A DNA stretch of 64,000 nucleotides, from positions 248,001-312,000 of the forward strand of contig NW_027271758.1 in the NCBI RefSeq assembly GCF_040938485.1, written 5' to 3'. The DNA comes from Diadema antillarum. Taxonomy: Eukaryota. Below are positions 63,119 to 64,000 of this stretch, piece after piece; position 1 is the stretch's first letter; each line of letters begins with the position of its first letter. Below the pieces are notes generated by a model that was given only the letters and a program-made list of their open reading frames with translations, was not told the DNA's origin and did not search any database. Made by a program: the position numbers and the translations under genes.

Positions 63119-63660
63119 GTAACAATGTGTGATGGACGTAGATGTCATAGAGTACATGATAAATACATTTGTGGTATCAAAGATCCCATGCTTACAGCGT
63201 TTCTTAATCAGTTGAAACACAGAAATCAGAAGTTTTTTAATACCCAAATGTAGTACAATAAATCTGGCATGGTAACAACAATGAAAAAGTGCGAACAGAA
63301 GGTTGCGTTTGGTTGCATGCAAACTATGATTCATCCAAATGTGAGCAGTTTAAGAGCACAACTAGATAATGAATTTGGGTGTAAAAAGGTTGAACCAAAC
63401 AAAGTCATTGATTGAACTGATTTATTCAAATGAGAGTAATTTTAAATTTATTGAAGTGATGAGAAGGTTATGCTTTGCTTTTTTCAAGCAGGGCAACAGA
63501 CTAAATACAAAATTAACAAAATGAGCAGTAGTCTTGTAGTGTGCCTTTAATTATCCCACATGAGGTCATGATTTCATTGTAAAGCTGTAAATTGTATTAT
63601 GCCAAGTATTGGTGACTGATGCATGCATGTTCGTACTTGTGTCCATTGTTCTTTCATTAG

Positions 63661-63995
63661 GTGTTCTGTTAGGAACAGACAGCTGACCTGCATGGCAACG
63701 GTCAGGCAGCAAGGAGGAACTTACCAGGCCGGCCCTCGTCCCCATCTGCATCAGCCGACTCCCGGTGAGCTACATGGTCTGATCCTTCGCAAGCAGCTGA
63801 AGAGAGAGGCAAAGCGACATCCGTTCAGATCGGGGGCAGCCATAGCCGAGGACGTCCTTCTCAGCCGCGGTGTCAACATGCACTCTGCGAAACCTGACAG
63901 CATGACCAGACTGGCCAACCGTTTGCGGGCACAGCAGCGTCCCAAGGAGCCGAGGAACCTGCATTTCGACCTACAGGACAGCTTTGTTCCCGAAG
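63661..63995 (+). CDS. FLYWCH C-half plus pre-catalytic region exon (gene continues past window)
   Basis: (R)CSVRNRQLTCMATVRQQGGTYQAGPRPHLH...RLANRLRAQQRPKEPRNLHFDLQDSFVPE; cattAG / GTGAG; 335 nt, phase 2 to 1. Confidence 0.9.
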
Positions 63996-64000
63996 GTGAG

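Noticed and set aside
1-64000. tRNA, rRNA, snoRNA, CRISPR arrays
   Set aside because: No cloverleaf/T-loop, rRNA similarity, convincing C/D box pair or repeat-spacer array seen; an Infernal/Rfam scan would be needed to exclude small RNAs.

Overview
AT-rich animal genomic DNA with GC-rich exons, long introns and poly-G/C runs; repeat types and gene content suggest an echinoderm such as a sea urchin (inference). There is one 153-nt N gap. Host genes, all with hand-checked GT-AG boundaries and phases: (1) 5' end of a dynein light chain roadblock gene (- strand; ATG-only exon at 2990-2992 and 76-nt exon at 25-100, continuing off the left edge); (2) a complete 4-exon, 216-aa signal-peptide cyclophilin of the CypB/C type (+, 7625-17597); (3) a complete CNOT10 with 14 coding exons, 781 aa (-, 23744-42536). 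The right end holds six open, canonically spliced exons of a PHD-FLYWCH-MULE (Mutator-like) transposase in an unusual layout: the C-terminal catalytic exons are on the - strand (59373->56033), the N-terminal PHD/FLYWCH exons are on the + strand (62205->past 64000), and the two linking exons are not in between, as expected if one gene had an internal inversion. Introns carry two large foldback Academ-type elements (TAG..CTA ends, 3-bp TSDs; one retains a decayed XPG-nuclease + Cys-rich ORF), hAT-like MITEs with 6-bp TSDs, TTAA and TA MITE families, a Helentron-type HINE, L2/CR1 LINE fragments and microsatellites.
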